DNA from: Chara braunii
Taxonomy: Eukaryota > Plantae > Charophyceae
Assembly (NCBI GenBank): GCA_003427395.1
Contig: BFEA01000033.1
Location: forward strand, 3,328,676-3,392,675
DNA length: 64,000 bases
Direction of reading: 5' to 3'
The number at the start of each line of letters is the position of its first letter. Within the stretch, counting starts at the first letter, position 1. This document shows positions 25,651 to 39,447 of this stretch, piece by piece. The position numbers and the translations under genes were made by a program. A model generated the notes under the pieces. That model was given only the letters and a program-made list of their open reading frames with translations. It searched no databases and was not told the DNA's origin.

Positions 25651-26194
25651 CACGTTCAGTGGACCATTGTAAGCCCCCAGGCAGTCATGGACGTGTCAGT
25701 GATGCACAGAATTGCATTTGCCACTGACTCTGTGGAGCGTGTGCTGCATTAAACAATCTAGACCTGGTCACTTCTGTGACAGCAAGGATGTACTTTCATG
25801 TCACGTGGGCCCTCTGGTGATGGTCAATCTCTTTTCCGGACTCATGCGTATCCGAGTAGTCCCACAGATTCTAGAACCGTGTCTGCACTGATTCTGTCAT
25901 TCTGTCATTCTAGAACACCATTGGCAATGATGTTGGGCATGTAGGGATCTGCGAAGGTGTCTTTTGTGGGATAAATTTTGGTCTCGAGGCAAGACCATCG
26001 ACTTGACTTCCAACTGGATGCAACTCCATTACCTCTGTAGCCGGTTGGTTTACTGGTAATGCCTCTCAAAGGTTGTACCCAGTTTGGGCTAGATTAGATA
26101 GCAATCAACTGGTAGTAAGTACCCTGTGGATTCCGCAGTTTTTTTGCAGTCAAACCATGGAGTGAATGAGGTGGTACAGCCATACACAGCCTGT

Positions 26195-26351
26195 CTTGCC
26201 ATGTAAGTGGGGGATGAATGTGGGGCTGGTTTTGGACACGATGGCATTGTCCAAAACCAGCCCCACTGTTCTTGCAGCCGTGAAGAACAGTGGGGCTGGT
26301 TTTGGACACGATGACATAGTTTACTTGCCATGTAAGTGGGGGATGAATGTG
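26195..26351. repeat. Direct-inverted-direct repeat (A, A', A) with a perfect 26-bp hairpin
   Basis: GTGGGGCTGGTTTTGGACA at 26220-26238 and 26290-26308, with its reverse complement at 26248-26266. The stem 26248-26273/26283-26308 is perfect. Confidence 0.9.
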
Positions 26352-29300
26352 TGTTGATCGATTTGGTTCCTTCTTGTCTACACTTGGATGTGTGTATGCG
26401 GTGTGGAAACAACTCCTGTTCTGAAGTGATGATGCTGGGGCAATGGCATGTTATTCGATGCAATTACTGTGTAGGCTGTGTAGCATGTTTTCCATGTGCA
26501 AAATGGGATGACCTCTCGATTGCTTCAAATTAGCTTTTTGATCTCGCTTTCAATGGAGTCGTTGATCTCATTTTTCTTTTCTGCATTTTTCAGCAAAGTT
26601 GTCGAACTGATCCATCCACTCCGAACACATTTGCAACCGGTCCTTGGTTGCGGTCCTTCCTTTGTCTTCTCTGCCAGATCCTTCTCGTGAAGTGATTCCT
26701 CTTCGGGGCTTGAAGACCCTCTCCTGAGGTTGAGCGATGAAGCTGAGGAAGGGCCTTCAGGTGGCTAATTCTCCTGCCCTTGATTACCCTTGTCATGGTT
26801 GTATTCCCATTCAAATGTGATCTTCTTTTCCTCTCTTGTTTGTTTTGTGAGTTTGAGGATTGACCTAAGTTCATCAGCTCAATCCAGATGTATAGCCTTT
26901 CCCATCAATCTCCCCAAATTGTGTGCAGTCGCACGTTTTCCACAGAAGACCCCCCAGCTGTTGGAGGGCCAGTACCCTTGAACTGATAACTTGCACTTGC
27001 TGAGGTGTCCGGGCGGTAGAACAGAAACCCAGTTGATCCACTGCCAAGTATTAGGCATTAGCAATAGGCACTACAGTGTTGGAACCTGCGAGATTAAATA
27101 AAGAACAATGTGGTTTCAAGTTTCAACTCTAGATCTTGCATTTACGTTACGTTTCTCCACAAATTGGATTGTCTTCAAGTAACCAAGTGTATGGATGTGC
27201 TGCCTCGCATTGGCAGAGGTTGTGAAATCTTTTTTCTCTCTCTTTGGGCTAGTTATTCAGGCACGTTCTGTGCTACCCAGTAGGGAACGTTGTAGCTCGC
27301 CTAAAGTGAGGATACCTCTGCAGTCTTGCAATCTGGCGCTTTTCCGTATGCTTCTGCCTCAAATTGTGATGCCTCGCAGAAAAGCCCACTCTGTTGGGCC
27401 TTGTGAGCCTCTCTGAATAAATAATGACTTTCATGTGCAGCCAGTCATGCTGCATAAGCTTAGCTTTTTTAACATCATAATGTTACTGTGATCTTTCTTA
27501 AAAATCACATTCGACCACTACTTCACCTGGATTGGACAAGAATCACCACCAGTGATAGTTTACCTCGATTCATGGTCGCTTAGTTCACAAGGAATTTGCT
27601 CGACCCAGCTTTGGGGAAGAGGCAAGAGAGGAAGACAGGCGCACCATGTAGGTTTTTGCAACATTAATTGAACTGCTCGGTAACAGTGCCCTCAATGGAG
27701 AAAACCATGAAAACAAGTCTTGGAGGAGCAATTCCAACTTTGGAGCCTGGAAAGAAAAGATGATAACAAGGCAAACTTGGATCATAACGTTATGATCCTG
27801 GGTATCTCACAGTGCAAAACTTCAAAGAAAGACAATGTCAGTCACTTGCAACAAATGAAGAAGAAGAAGAAGAAGAAGAAGAAGATAAACGCCATCGAGA
27901 ACCAATTTCACTTCTCCCTCATCTCGTATGTATCCCTCCTTCAGCATCTCCCACAACATCTTAATAATAAATTATTAAAATTAATAATAATAATAATCAA
28001 CAACAACAATGATTGAATGAGCCAGAATCAATGTCTGAATCCTCCCCTTACTGCCAGCCTTTCAAGAAGTCCTCCATAGCCATCCTGCACCTCCTACTCG
28101 GTCGAGCCGGTGGCTATCTCTTCCACTATGGCCGCTATGCCTCATTCTACCCCCGTGGCCTTCGGGCCAACCACAAAGATGAAGATGCAGACCAACATAG
28201 TCAAGGTAAGCTCCTTCACTCCCCTGCTCCTTCCTCCTACCTCGGTGCTCCTCCTTGGTCCTCTCCACTAGCCAAAGGTGGAAGACCAAGCCCGCCTTCT
28301 TCCTCACCCAGCACAGCTTCAGCTGGGTGGTCGCTCCAGCAGCGTGCCTCCAAGCGGCACACTCACAAATGAGGCAGAGCGCTTCGCCTCCTCACTTGAT
28401 ATATTGGCGAAGTGCTTCCTTGCGCGGTTGGTTCCAGGCCATGGGGCCTCAGAGTCTACCCGGTAACCCCATATTTTCGAGGGAACATCATTGCAGTCTG
28501 AAATTCCCCTCCGCGGGCGGCAGACTCAGACTATTGGACCGGTACCTTTGCCTCTAAGCCTACCGGACCCCTAAATTCTACCTCGGCCTACAAAGGTAGT
28601 AGCTTCTTTGTCTTTTTCTGCCTACCTATGCTACCTGAGTGTTTACGGCCTCACGGGTCTTCCCTTCACTAATACCCTGCTGCACCCGCACAAAGGCATG
28701 ACCACAGGTAAGTACCAGGCCTACGGGCCTTCCCAGCATGCAAGCCTTCCCAGCATGCACGCCCATTCCCAGCAAGCAAGCACCACAGCAGGTCACACCC
28801 ACACCCACACATGGAAACACACAGAAACTCAGCAATCATGCACACACACCTGGTCAGAAATACAGCAGGTTTCTCAATCTGCGATTTTGCAGGTCATTGC
28901 GNCNCCCCCCCCCCCCCCCCCCCAAGTGGCTAGAGTCGGCAGAGTACCTGCAAAATTCATCTTAAGCAGTGAATGCGAAGAGATCTGCCGTCTGTTCATA
29001 GACAGAAAGCTTGAAATGCTTCTCATAAGCATTCACAAAGCGAGATGCGAACTAGAGCAAGACTTTGCAACCGATCCAAGAGGGTGGTAAAGAAAGTGCC
29101 TCTTTACTGTGCCCAACTCTTCATCCCAAGTGTTCTGATCGGGGATGTTCAAAGCATCTGGTTGATTTCCTCAGCTTGTCCATTAGCTTTCGGATGGCGA
29201 CCAGACGTCATATTCAGTTTGATTCCGAAGAGTTGGTTAGTAAAATCTTTTCAATTTGAACTGATGAATCTGGTATCCCGATCACTCACAAAAGTTTTCA

Positions 29301-32300
29301 GGGGGGCAAACTGTAGGATATATTTCAAATCTAGGAATGGCAAGATTAGTCGGTGCATATGGCAGTAGAGGAAGCAGATTGAGAAACTTGGAGAATCGAT
29401 CGATAATCACCATGACTTGACGGTACACCCTCGTACTTACCTTTTGCATGTCCGTAAAGTGAATATCCGGAAGGGATGGGTAGCAGTTTTAACTGACCAA
29501 GATGTGGTTGTCAATGGATCTTAGTCCTTTGACATACCTCGCATTATGCCAAGTACTTACACACATATTCTTTCATGTTAGGCTAGTCATATTGCTGCGA
29601 TAGCCTACCATACTTTTTTTTCAAAGCCAAAATGTAGGCTCCTATTATGAGCCGTATGGCCCGTATCCAAAAAGTGAGTTCAGAGGGGCGCATGGTTGGG
29701 AACACACAATCGGTTGAACTTCCCAAGCACACGAAACAGCAGACCCTCACACTCCCAGTAATGAACTCGATTGTAATGGAATAATGTCGTAGGAGCGCAT
29801 AAGGCAAATCATGAACTCAGGGTGGTGAGAGAAAGCATCAACAACTTGATTGTAACTGCTTTTCTTGTGGTTCAGTTTAAAATCAAACACGTTAATTTCA
29901 TGCAACCAGAGGGACAGCATTGTGGACAGATTAGTTTGGGACTTGATGCATCACAAGGTCTCATGATCAGAGTAGACCTTGAAGTGGTGTCCAACAACAT
30001 TGTAAACAGATTAGTTTGGGACTTTATCCGTTCCAATGTCTCATGATCGGAGTGGACATTGAAATGGTGTCCAAGACGGTAGTGCTTCTAGTGCTCAAGT
30101 GTCTCTCTCGAGGCATAGAGATCTCAGATATATGTGGAGCTAGCTACCTTGTTGTTGGACAAGTGTTTGCTGTACTCAATCGGTCGCAATCCATCGCCAT
30201 CATGTTGTTGCAACATTCTGCCAATCCCATATTGGCTTGCATCCGTAATGACTACCCATCTTTCTGATGTTTACTAGCTTGTTGTTGTTAACTTTGATTT
30301 TTCTTCTGATATTGAATTCATCTCCAATTTCCTTTTTCTTCCAGTTCATGTTTCGAACAAATGAATCGAGTTTTCAGTCCTATTTCAACCACAAATGTGA
30401 GTTTGAGATCTACAATGTGGAGCAAAGGATGACTCGAAAAAGCCTTATGGAGATACTCAAATGTTGACTCACATACATTTTGCAGTCGAGGCCAAAAAGA
30501 TCGCAGTTCACATACATTTTGTTAGCCAAGATAAGGGGTGAGCAATGGCTGAAAAAATTGGGACAAACTTGCGATAGTAAGAGGCTAGACCAAGAAAAGA
30601 TCGCAGTTCACATACATTGTGCAGTCGAGGCCAATCTCGAATGACCTCAACCTTGGTTGCCTTAGGCTCAAGGCATGCAGCATACAACTGGTGCCCAAGA
30701 TATATGACACCGTCCCTCCCAAACTCAGATTTCTCTCAGTTCAGGTGCAACTTTGGTTCTTTCAAAATCTCAAGGACTTCTTGCAAGTGTTTGAAGTGCT
30801 CTTGCATGTGTTAACCAGAATCAGAATGTTATTTAGATAGACAATGACAAATCAGTTAATCCGATTTCGAAAGATACGGTCCATGAGATGTTGGAAGGTG
30901 GCTGGTGCATGCGTGAGACCTAAGAGTATGGCGATGAACTCGTACATCCCATCGCGTGCCTTGAACGTAGTCTTGTGCTGGTCGGCCGGATCGACTTCAA
31001 TCTGACGGTAACCAGATTTTAGGTCGTTCTTAGAGAGACCTTGCACCCACCTGCCGCGTCCAACAGGTCATCAGTTTGTGGCATGGGTTAGGCATTCTTT
31101 CTAGTGATCCAGTTCAAGCCCCTATAATCAATGCACATTTTCAGTTTCCCTCCCTTTGTAGGAACAGAAAGGAGAGGTGGACCAAATTCTGATTCGTTTG
31201 GTCTAATCCATCCTCTATCAATTATGTCATCAATCTGTTTTCTCAGTTCCTCCGTATCGCCGGGTCCCATGTGGTAGACACAAATCTTATGAGGAACACT
31301 GCCTTCTACCAACTTAATTTTGTGCTTACCCGAGCACATGGGGACTCCACGCGGTTCAACCAAAACATCAGGAAATTGAGCTAGGAGGCTGCGGATATTT
31401 GCTGGGATTTCTGGTGGAGAAAAATCAGAAGTAGAAGTAGACAATTCAGATTGTGAAGTCGCAGCCAAAGCAACAGGATCAGAAGTTGACGGAGATGGAT
31501 CAGAAGTAGATGAATCATCCGAAGTAGTTTACAAAAGAAGCAAAAGTAGGAGGTATATGAGAAGGTCACACAAAAGCCTCATACATTTGTTCATCCTTAC
31601 CGTGCTTGTGCCATTTTCTGTGGAGCTGCATTGCATTAAAAAATGTCACTGGGGACTCGTGTGTTCCATCCAAGAGAACATAACGCTCATTTCCCTCAGT
31701 GTTAAGTACCACGAAGCGTGGTTCCTTCCAAATTGTTCTTTGACATTGGGCCTGAAGCCAACCCAAGCCAATGACTGCATCAAAAGGACACTCTTCCATG
31801 ATGTAGTAGTTGAGTGCCTGGGTGACTGTGCCATCTACGTCAAAGGTGCGCACACCTTTGACTGCATATGTAGATGTGACAAGTGCTTGGTTGCCAACCT
31901 TACTTCGACAAGGATTTTGCAATTCCAGTACCTTCTGCTAAGGCTCGCCTTACGGATCTTGCACGGAGAAAAGAAATTAGCAATTGCTCCACAATCCATC
32001 ACTGACCATCAGTGCGTGGATGTAAATGCAGTGAATGAGGAGTTTGAAGTAGATGAGTTCTACACCCCCTTGGGACGGACCTTGCCTAGGCTTGGCCAAA
32101 TGCTCCCAATGGTAATGGAAGTACACCTCAGCAAACTCCTCCGAACGCTCTTTGTACAAAGTCCCTGCGGTGTAGTCTTGGAATCAGCAATGGACTGGGC
32201 CTCAAGGCCAGGCTGCTGATGAGATTCAGGCTCCTTTGTGGAACCCTCATCTAATGGCTCACCCTCCTTGCAGTAGAGAGTGCTGATAACTGCTATAGCC

Positions 32301-33997
32301 CTTGCCTGTTTTCCTTCAGGCAAAAACAATTCTGCACAAAGTGCCCTTTCTTTTTATAATGCAACCACGCATTATTTTTATTTCTAAGGTCCCAAACTTG
32401 TTTGCTGATTCAGAGGTCTTTTCCATGGTTCGGTACTTGCTTCCTCCGGATTGGCGGGAATTTGAGCCCCTTGAGGTAAATGAGATTGAGACTTCTTCAA
32501 AGAGTTGCAGTGAAGTCCCTTGTTAGTAATGGCAGGCTTTTTTTTATGGCATTCTGGTTTTCTTCTTCGAGTTCTTCAGACCCTAGGGCAAATGTAGAGC
32601 AGTCCACATCGGAGCCCGCATCTAGATCATCATCTAGATTTGAGTCATCCGCAGAGGACTGGTCCTTAGCCTGCACCTGGTCATGCACAGCAAAGCAGTT
32701 GCTGTTTCCAAACCATTTGTGAGGAAAAGTCATCTTGGCAACCGGTGCGTGGGCGTTGTCTAACGCCTCTAGCAGGACTACCTCTCTTATGAGAGATTGC
32801 CAGTCTTAAAATGTCAATTGTCCTAGCTGATGAATGAAATCATCAGGGATAGCATCGTGAACAGCGTTCAAACATGTGGTATCATTCATCCCGAGGCCAG
32901 GAGTTGTGTAAATTCCAGCTCCAAAATCGTCATTGTGCCCGTCCACTGCCTACCTTGTAGAGTTCGGACCTTTTGTCTGGCCTTCAAGGCAACATGAGGA
33001 TTCTCAAATTGTGTAATTGTTCTAGTGCGGTCATAGGGGTGGCCTTCAACCACTCGACGACTGGGTCAAGTCTGGTGTGTCTTGCCTCCATAGCCTTGAC
33101 TTCCAAGAAGTACATCACAGGGGGCACCACATTGGTGCCCAAGATTACCGTTTGATCAGATTGAGGTGTTCGAGACAACACGAAATACTTATTTGTCTGA
33201 GCAAACCAGGAGACTATATCAGCTTCCTCGTCATATCGAGGAGGAAACTTTGTCACCCATTCGTCTGCTTGTGGAGTGCTGGAGGAAGAACCAGCAACTT
33301 CTGATCCTTGACGTGAACCTGTAGCACTTGCAGATGGCCCAAAATTCTCCACCGTAGCTGCAGCTCTAGGGCCTGCACTTGCTGAAGTTCCAATCTGACT
33401 GGCTATCCCATTCATAGAAGTAGAGGTGTAGAGAGGGGCGTTATTAGTAGAAAGAGTAGCAGCATTAGTGGCGGCAGGCAAGGAAAGAGGGTTGGCCACT
33501 TGGGCCTGCTCCAGATCTGCAATTTTCTGGAGCTGGTTGCGATGCTCTCTGGCCATCTTTTCTAGGGTGTTCCGCAGCTTTTACACCTGTTCGAATAGCT
33601 GCGACACCAGGTCAAGAAGCTCATCAAGGAGGTGAACATCAATCGAAGCTCACACATGAGTGACCAAGTGTGGTCGGATTTGCTCGCGAGGAAAAGAGGC
33701 GGCTGTTTTGGAAACAGCCTCATGGGCAGCAAGCCTAAGCAAGGGTGTAGTAACTGTAGTTCCTCTTGCTTTCCTCCGGCTTCAATGTCAGTACTAAGAG
33801 CCTTTCATATAGCCCTTTCTGTTATCCCTTTGCCTGATCCCTCAAGGTAGTCAATCGTATTGATGTCATCGCCATATCACAAAGTTGAGAACCGGAGTGG
33901 GATTTCGTAGATCTCTCAAGGTGGGTACTCTCTTCCTTCTTTTTTGGACGAGTACTCCTCTTCCCATTCCTCACTCTCTCCAGAAAGGCACTCTCTG

Positions 33998-34069
<72 letters not shown>

Positions 34070-34131
34070 NNNNNNNNNNNNNNNNNNNNNNNNNNNNNNN
34101 NNNNNNNNNNNNNNNNNNNNNNNNNNNNNNN

Positions 34132-34177
<46 letters not shown>

Positions 34178-35846
34178 AGACCGCGTCGTTGCGGGCGTCA
34201 AGATAACTTAAATGAAAAGTCCAATACATCACAAGAAGAAGCAATAGAAATCCTAGATGGAGGAGCAATTCATTTGGATTGGAGAATGGCAAACACAACA
34301 ACATATAAAAATAATAACAGAGGTGACAGGTCTGATCTAGGTAACGAGTCCCCGGTTAGATCACGCATGAGATCCACTCTTACCTAGTACAACGCACACA
34401 CACACAAAAAAAAAAAATAAAAAAAAATCAGGAAATAATAACAGATGAGGCAATGGAGATACGAGGGAGTAGACAATTGGGAGCCAAACGCCGGACTTCG
34501 TATCAAGATTTGCAGAAGAACACAATCAAGATCCATTTGAAAGTGAATGTCCCATCTTAGGGTGCCCCTCCTTCCAGCACATTAGGGAACTGCCCGAAGC
34601 GGCCTCAGATCTGGTAGCAAGCAAGATCCTTTCTCACTGGGCTAGGGTCCCATTGGGTACGCATGCCCCGATTTAGGCCGGCAACCCTAACCTCCTCCCC
34701 AAGGGGAAGGAGCCTTTGTTTCGAGAGAAAAGAACTCTACAATGCATTCGAAAGCTATCTCTGAGATACTGAAAAGAAAAGACAAAGCACAGATGGTCCC
34801 TACTCAGCTACAACCAAATTCAGAATGAAATATGAAAGCATTGTCGAAAGAATAAGCAATGCTAATCAAGATGCTTCACATCCATCCATCAGGTGAGAGA
34901 GCAGTCCACAAGCACATGACATCAGCCAAGATCACTAAGAGTTGGACAACAACCCCAACACACCCATCACACAATGCAGCGCCATGCACTCACCATGGCA
35001 GCCCCCAGTTCCACAACACTTTTGTTTGGGCCGGACTCTTCAGATGAAGAACAACTCCCCCCTCTCCTCATGCAGCGCCATGCACTCACCATGGCAGTTC
35101 CCAGTTCCACAACACTTACTTGTTTGGGCCGGACCCTTGAGATGAAGAATAACTTCCTCCTCTCCTCATATGTCCTCCTGACCCAATTGGAAGCCTGTAT
35201 TTTAGTGTACCTATCAACAGGAGGGTCTACTCTACACCAAAGTACACCGTCGTGTCCCACATCGATGTTGAAGACCAATCAGAAACTTGAAGTCGTGCAG
35301 TGAAGTTAACCTCCTTGGAGAGAAACCCTGTAGTCGCTCAATGTCCGCCTCAAGCGTAGAGTCCAGGGGTGAGTCACCACTCACTCTCTCCCTCAAATCA
35401 CCTCGTACTGACACTCCCTGTGTCTCACCACCTCAAACATCCACTTGGTCAACCTGGTCATCGTCAATGTTGACCCGACAAGCCCTAGACCAGGTAGGGC
35501 AGCTCCCACATACCTCACCACCGCTCTTCCAGTCTTGTCCTACCCTGATCCGAGACTAATTGCCCTAGTCAAACTCTGATTAGGGTTAGGGCAACAAATA
35601 TCTTCTTGCCAGCAAGTAAGTACCGCTCCAATGCCAATTGTCACGATTCTAGGTTTCGCAGGGGGGCGCTGCGTTTCGGCTTGCGCAGTAGAGAAGTTCA
35701 CTCTGCAAGCCACAGCAGAGGAGCCATTTTTTTCTGTATCCGTGATGTCGTCTCCCATGTGTTTCGTTTTTCTCCTCGTGCGGGGTTTCTGATTCGCTCG
35801 CGGTGCTGCATTCAAATATGGGCCTGGCTGCGCTACTCACCACACA

Positions 35847-36285
35847 GTGGTGTATCTTTCCATGTTGTGCGAGGAGATTCACTCTCAATTTGCACATTTG
35901 GTGAGCAGCGAAGTGACACACTATGATGGTGGTGTATCTTTCCATACTCTAGCGGTAGATTCATTCTCAATTTCTGCATTTGGTGATCAGTGGAGTGACA
36001 GACTATGATGGCTGTGTATCTTTCCATGTTCTAGCGGAGGATTCATTCTCAATTTGTGCATTGAGTGAGCAGTGGAGCGAAGCCCTATGAAATAGCGGAA
36101 GACTCGTTCTCAATTTTCCCATTTGGGGAGTTGTGGCGTGGCGGACTATGATGGTGGTGTATCTTTCAATGTTTTCAATTTGCACATCGGGTGAATAGTG
36201 GAGTATAATGGCCGTGTATCCTTCAATGTTCTAGCAGAAGATTCATTCTTGATTTGCACATTCGGTGAGCAGCAGAGCGAGGCCG
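35847..36285. repeat. ~82-bp tandem repeat (about 5-6 partly truncated units) within an insertion in the Gypsy 5' LTR
   Basis: GTGTATC anchors at 35850, 35932, 36014, 36157 and 36214. Confidence 0.85.
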
Positions 36286-37428
36286 ATGTTCGTATATGGG
36301 TACATTATACTACATAGCAAGCCTGCCTCAACGTGGCAGCAGGCTCTTTTCCCCCCACCTTTTGACCATTGGCCTGCCAATCCTTTTGTTATCCCCAGTT
36401 TGCGTAAGAATACGAGTACATGGCCGCACTGTTCGGTCCACAAGGAATGGCCCGTCCTGCATCGTACTGCGTGGTCCAATCCTACCATGTATAAGCAGGA
36501 TTCAACCTGCGGCCCGGGGTTGCCACGCCGGGTCCAATTGTATCAATAATAATTATCAACGACAACAATGATTGAATGAACCAGAATCAATCTCTGAATC
36601 CTCCCCTTACTGCCAGCCATTGAAGAAGTCCACCATAGTCATCCTCCACCTCCTCCTACAGGGTTGAGCTGGTGGCTATGGCGGACCATCGGAGCTAGGC
36701 TCCGATGTTCAAAAGACAATACAAATCTACGATGTGTCTCCCACTACGGCCATCATGTGTCATTCTATCCCCGGAGTCTTCTTCACAAGTATCACCCCAC
36801 TTGGGGCCTCCCAGGTACAGTGCCAACCACGAAGATGAAGATGCATACCACCATAGCCAAGGTAAGCTTCCCTCCTCCTCCTTCTCCTCCTCCCTCAGCA
36901 CTCCTCCTTGGTCCTCTCCACCATCGCAACGGTGGAAGGCCAAGCCCACCTTCGTCCTCACCCAGCGCTGCTTCAGCTGGGTGGTCGCTCCAGCAGTGTG
37001 CCTCAAAGCGGCACGCTCACAAATGAGGCGGAGCGCTTCGCTTCCTCACTTGATATGCTGGTTAAGTGCCTCCTCGTGCGGTTGCTTCCAGGCTGTGTGG
37101 CCTCCAAGTCTGCCCGGTACCCCCATATTTTGGAGGGAACATCATTGCAGTATGGTATTCCCCTCCGCAGGCCGTAGACTCAGACTATTGGACCAGTGAC
37201 TTTGCCTCTAAGCCTACCGGACTCCTAAATTCTACCTCGGCCTACAAAGGTACTACCATTTTGTCTTGTTCTGCCTACCTACGCTGCTCGAGCGTTTTCA
37301 GCCTCCACAGGTCTTCCCTATACTAATACCCCGCTGCACCCGCATAGAGTACCAGGCCCACGGGCCTTCCCAGCACGCAAAAAAAACAGCGGGTCACACA
37401 CACACACACACACACACACACATGCAAT

Positions 37429-38205
37429 GCAGTGCTTCCACAGTCCACACTGAACCGGTCCTGTCCGGTCTGTAGGGGTGGTCACTTACCATAGGCAATA
37501 GCTGCTCCTTGACTCATGCAACACTAACCGACCTCATGTGGGATTCTAAAGTAGTCTGTTCGAGCGGTGAGTATTTAGAATTCAGCAACGTCCGTCATAT
37601 ACCTCTCCCCTGCCCTTGCATGCCATACTCTATCCTGCCCTTCACACATTTCTCTCCTGCCGTTTGCACTCCACCTCCCCCTACCCCACACTCCTATGGA
37701 ACTCTGGCTTCTATCCCTTTCCCTCCAACCTCCTCTTTTTTGCTACTAGCAAATACATACGAGTGAGCATCGTTAAGAGAACAGGCGATATGAAGATCTG
37801 AAGTGAAATGAACAGGAGTATGAAGACGAAGGACAGACACAAAGACTAAGTATAAGCTGAAGATCTGAAGTGAAATGAACAGGAGTATGAAGATCTGAAG
37901 TGAAATGCACAGGAGCATACCTTGACTCTGCCTTCTGTCATAATGTGCAAGTGGGCCATTCAGGCACATGGGGATGTGGGCAGCTGCCGCTTAACCACAA
38001 TCATCGTGGGCAGCCTTGTACGTGCAAGGCATAGTAAAAGAGGATTTGTTGCCTCAAAGAAACCCCAGCAAAATACAGTTCTAAGTGATCCTATTATATG
38101 ATTCATGTTGCTTGCTACAGAGGTGAAATTCTTTAACTGTTGGGCTGGCTCAACTCGAATCTACTCATCTGGGTGGAATAGGGGCTGTTGTGGTGGAAAT
38201 TTAAA
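37429..38205. mobile_element. Unclassified 777-bp insertion flanked by a 13-bp direct repeat
   Basis: ACACACATGCAAT at 37416-37428 and 38206-38218. Absent from the sister LTR. Internal AAGATCTGAAGTGAAATG x3. Confidence 0.55.
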
Positions 38206-39376
38206 ACACACATGCAATCATGCAGGCAGGCAACCACACGGAAACTTAGCAGTCATGCACACACACACATATTCAGAAATCTCAGCAGAATACGGAAATC
38301 TCATCAAGTCGGTTACACGAGCAGCAATACTGAGAAAAACAGCAGGTTTCTCAGTCTGAGATTTTGCAGGTCATGATGATAATAATAACAAATGAAGCAG
38401 CCACAGAAAGAAGAAAGACTGGAAAGGTTGGGTATTTTGGAGCACAGTGAGAGGGGCGGAAAAGAGAAACAAAATATGAGTGTTTCAAATGGCAGAACCT
38501 GGAGCTGTCATCTATTGCAACAGGTAAAACATGGCACTTCCCATCTAGCCAAAGCTTTCCACGAATCCACGTGCATTTTTTCCTGGTTTGTGGCAGTTAT
38601 GCGGTCTAAATAGAGGGTTGGGATTCTGAGCATGTGTACTTGCTAGATGACAAAGTACCTTCTCCATCCCCTCTTTAAAGCTCTAGCAAACACTGTAAAG
38701 TTGTGTAAACTGATAATACTATCACAATAGTCGTAAACCTACAGATAGACTGAGGCCAAACAGGCTTCATCTCACGTACGCTCATTATTGATGAGTTGAT
38801 GGAAAATGACGAAAGGGAAAGGTAATTCAAAAATTGTTTAATTGCAAAATGGGAAGACAAAGTGCAGGTTAGTTCCCAAAATTGCAGCTTCGGTATAAAA
38901 GTTAATAACATTATAAGTTTTTATGACACATAAAACAAAGCAAAGGTTTGTTCAAGAGGCACATGTTACTGACAAAAAAGCAGACCCAGGTTGCATGTCA
39001 ACAGACAGGCCTCTCCCTCTCCCTTCTTTTCTGTGTATGTGTGTGTATGTATGTATAAGCGAGAAAGATGCTCTTCAGTACAAGTCGTACTTCGAACTAC
39101 AACCCCCCAGGCGAAGACCATGTACACGGACTTGAAGACGATTCCCACACAACTCCCCACCAAGTGGAAACGGAGTCGACTGATGACAATGAACAGACAA
39201 GACAACCAGGCAAAAAGCAGCGAGACAAAAGGCAACACAGGCTGGAAGGCATGGGAGGTGGCAGGACAGACCACACAGAAGTGCACAAGGCAAGGAAAAG
39301 GCAACAAGCAGCAGGCAAGCAAAGTACAAGTACAAAAAACAGAAGAGCGAAAAAAATAAAAGCTGATCATGAAAGA

Positions 39377-39447
<71 letters not shown>

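Larger units (their letters stand above)
27788..38378 (-). mobile_element. Older degenerate Ty3/Gypsy element with diverged LTRs (27788-28901 and 35639-~38378; the latter has two insertions)
   Basis: Direct repeats 28.0-28.9 kb vs 36.55-38.37 kb. Poly-G PPT at ~28905-28923 and PBS-like TGGCATTGGAGC at 35625-35636. gag 32984-33556 (KFPPRYD), RT fragments (MCIDYRGLN, DLKSGYRQI), integrase HFGFEK..CEVCQR near 29.5-29.7 kb. Confidence 0.85.

Noticed and set aside
35847-36285. CRISPR-like array (also 62289-62750)
   Set aside because: Whole units are repeated with no unique spacers, there are no cas genes, and the context is eukaryotic.
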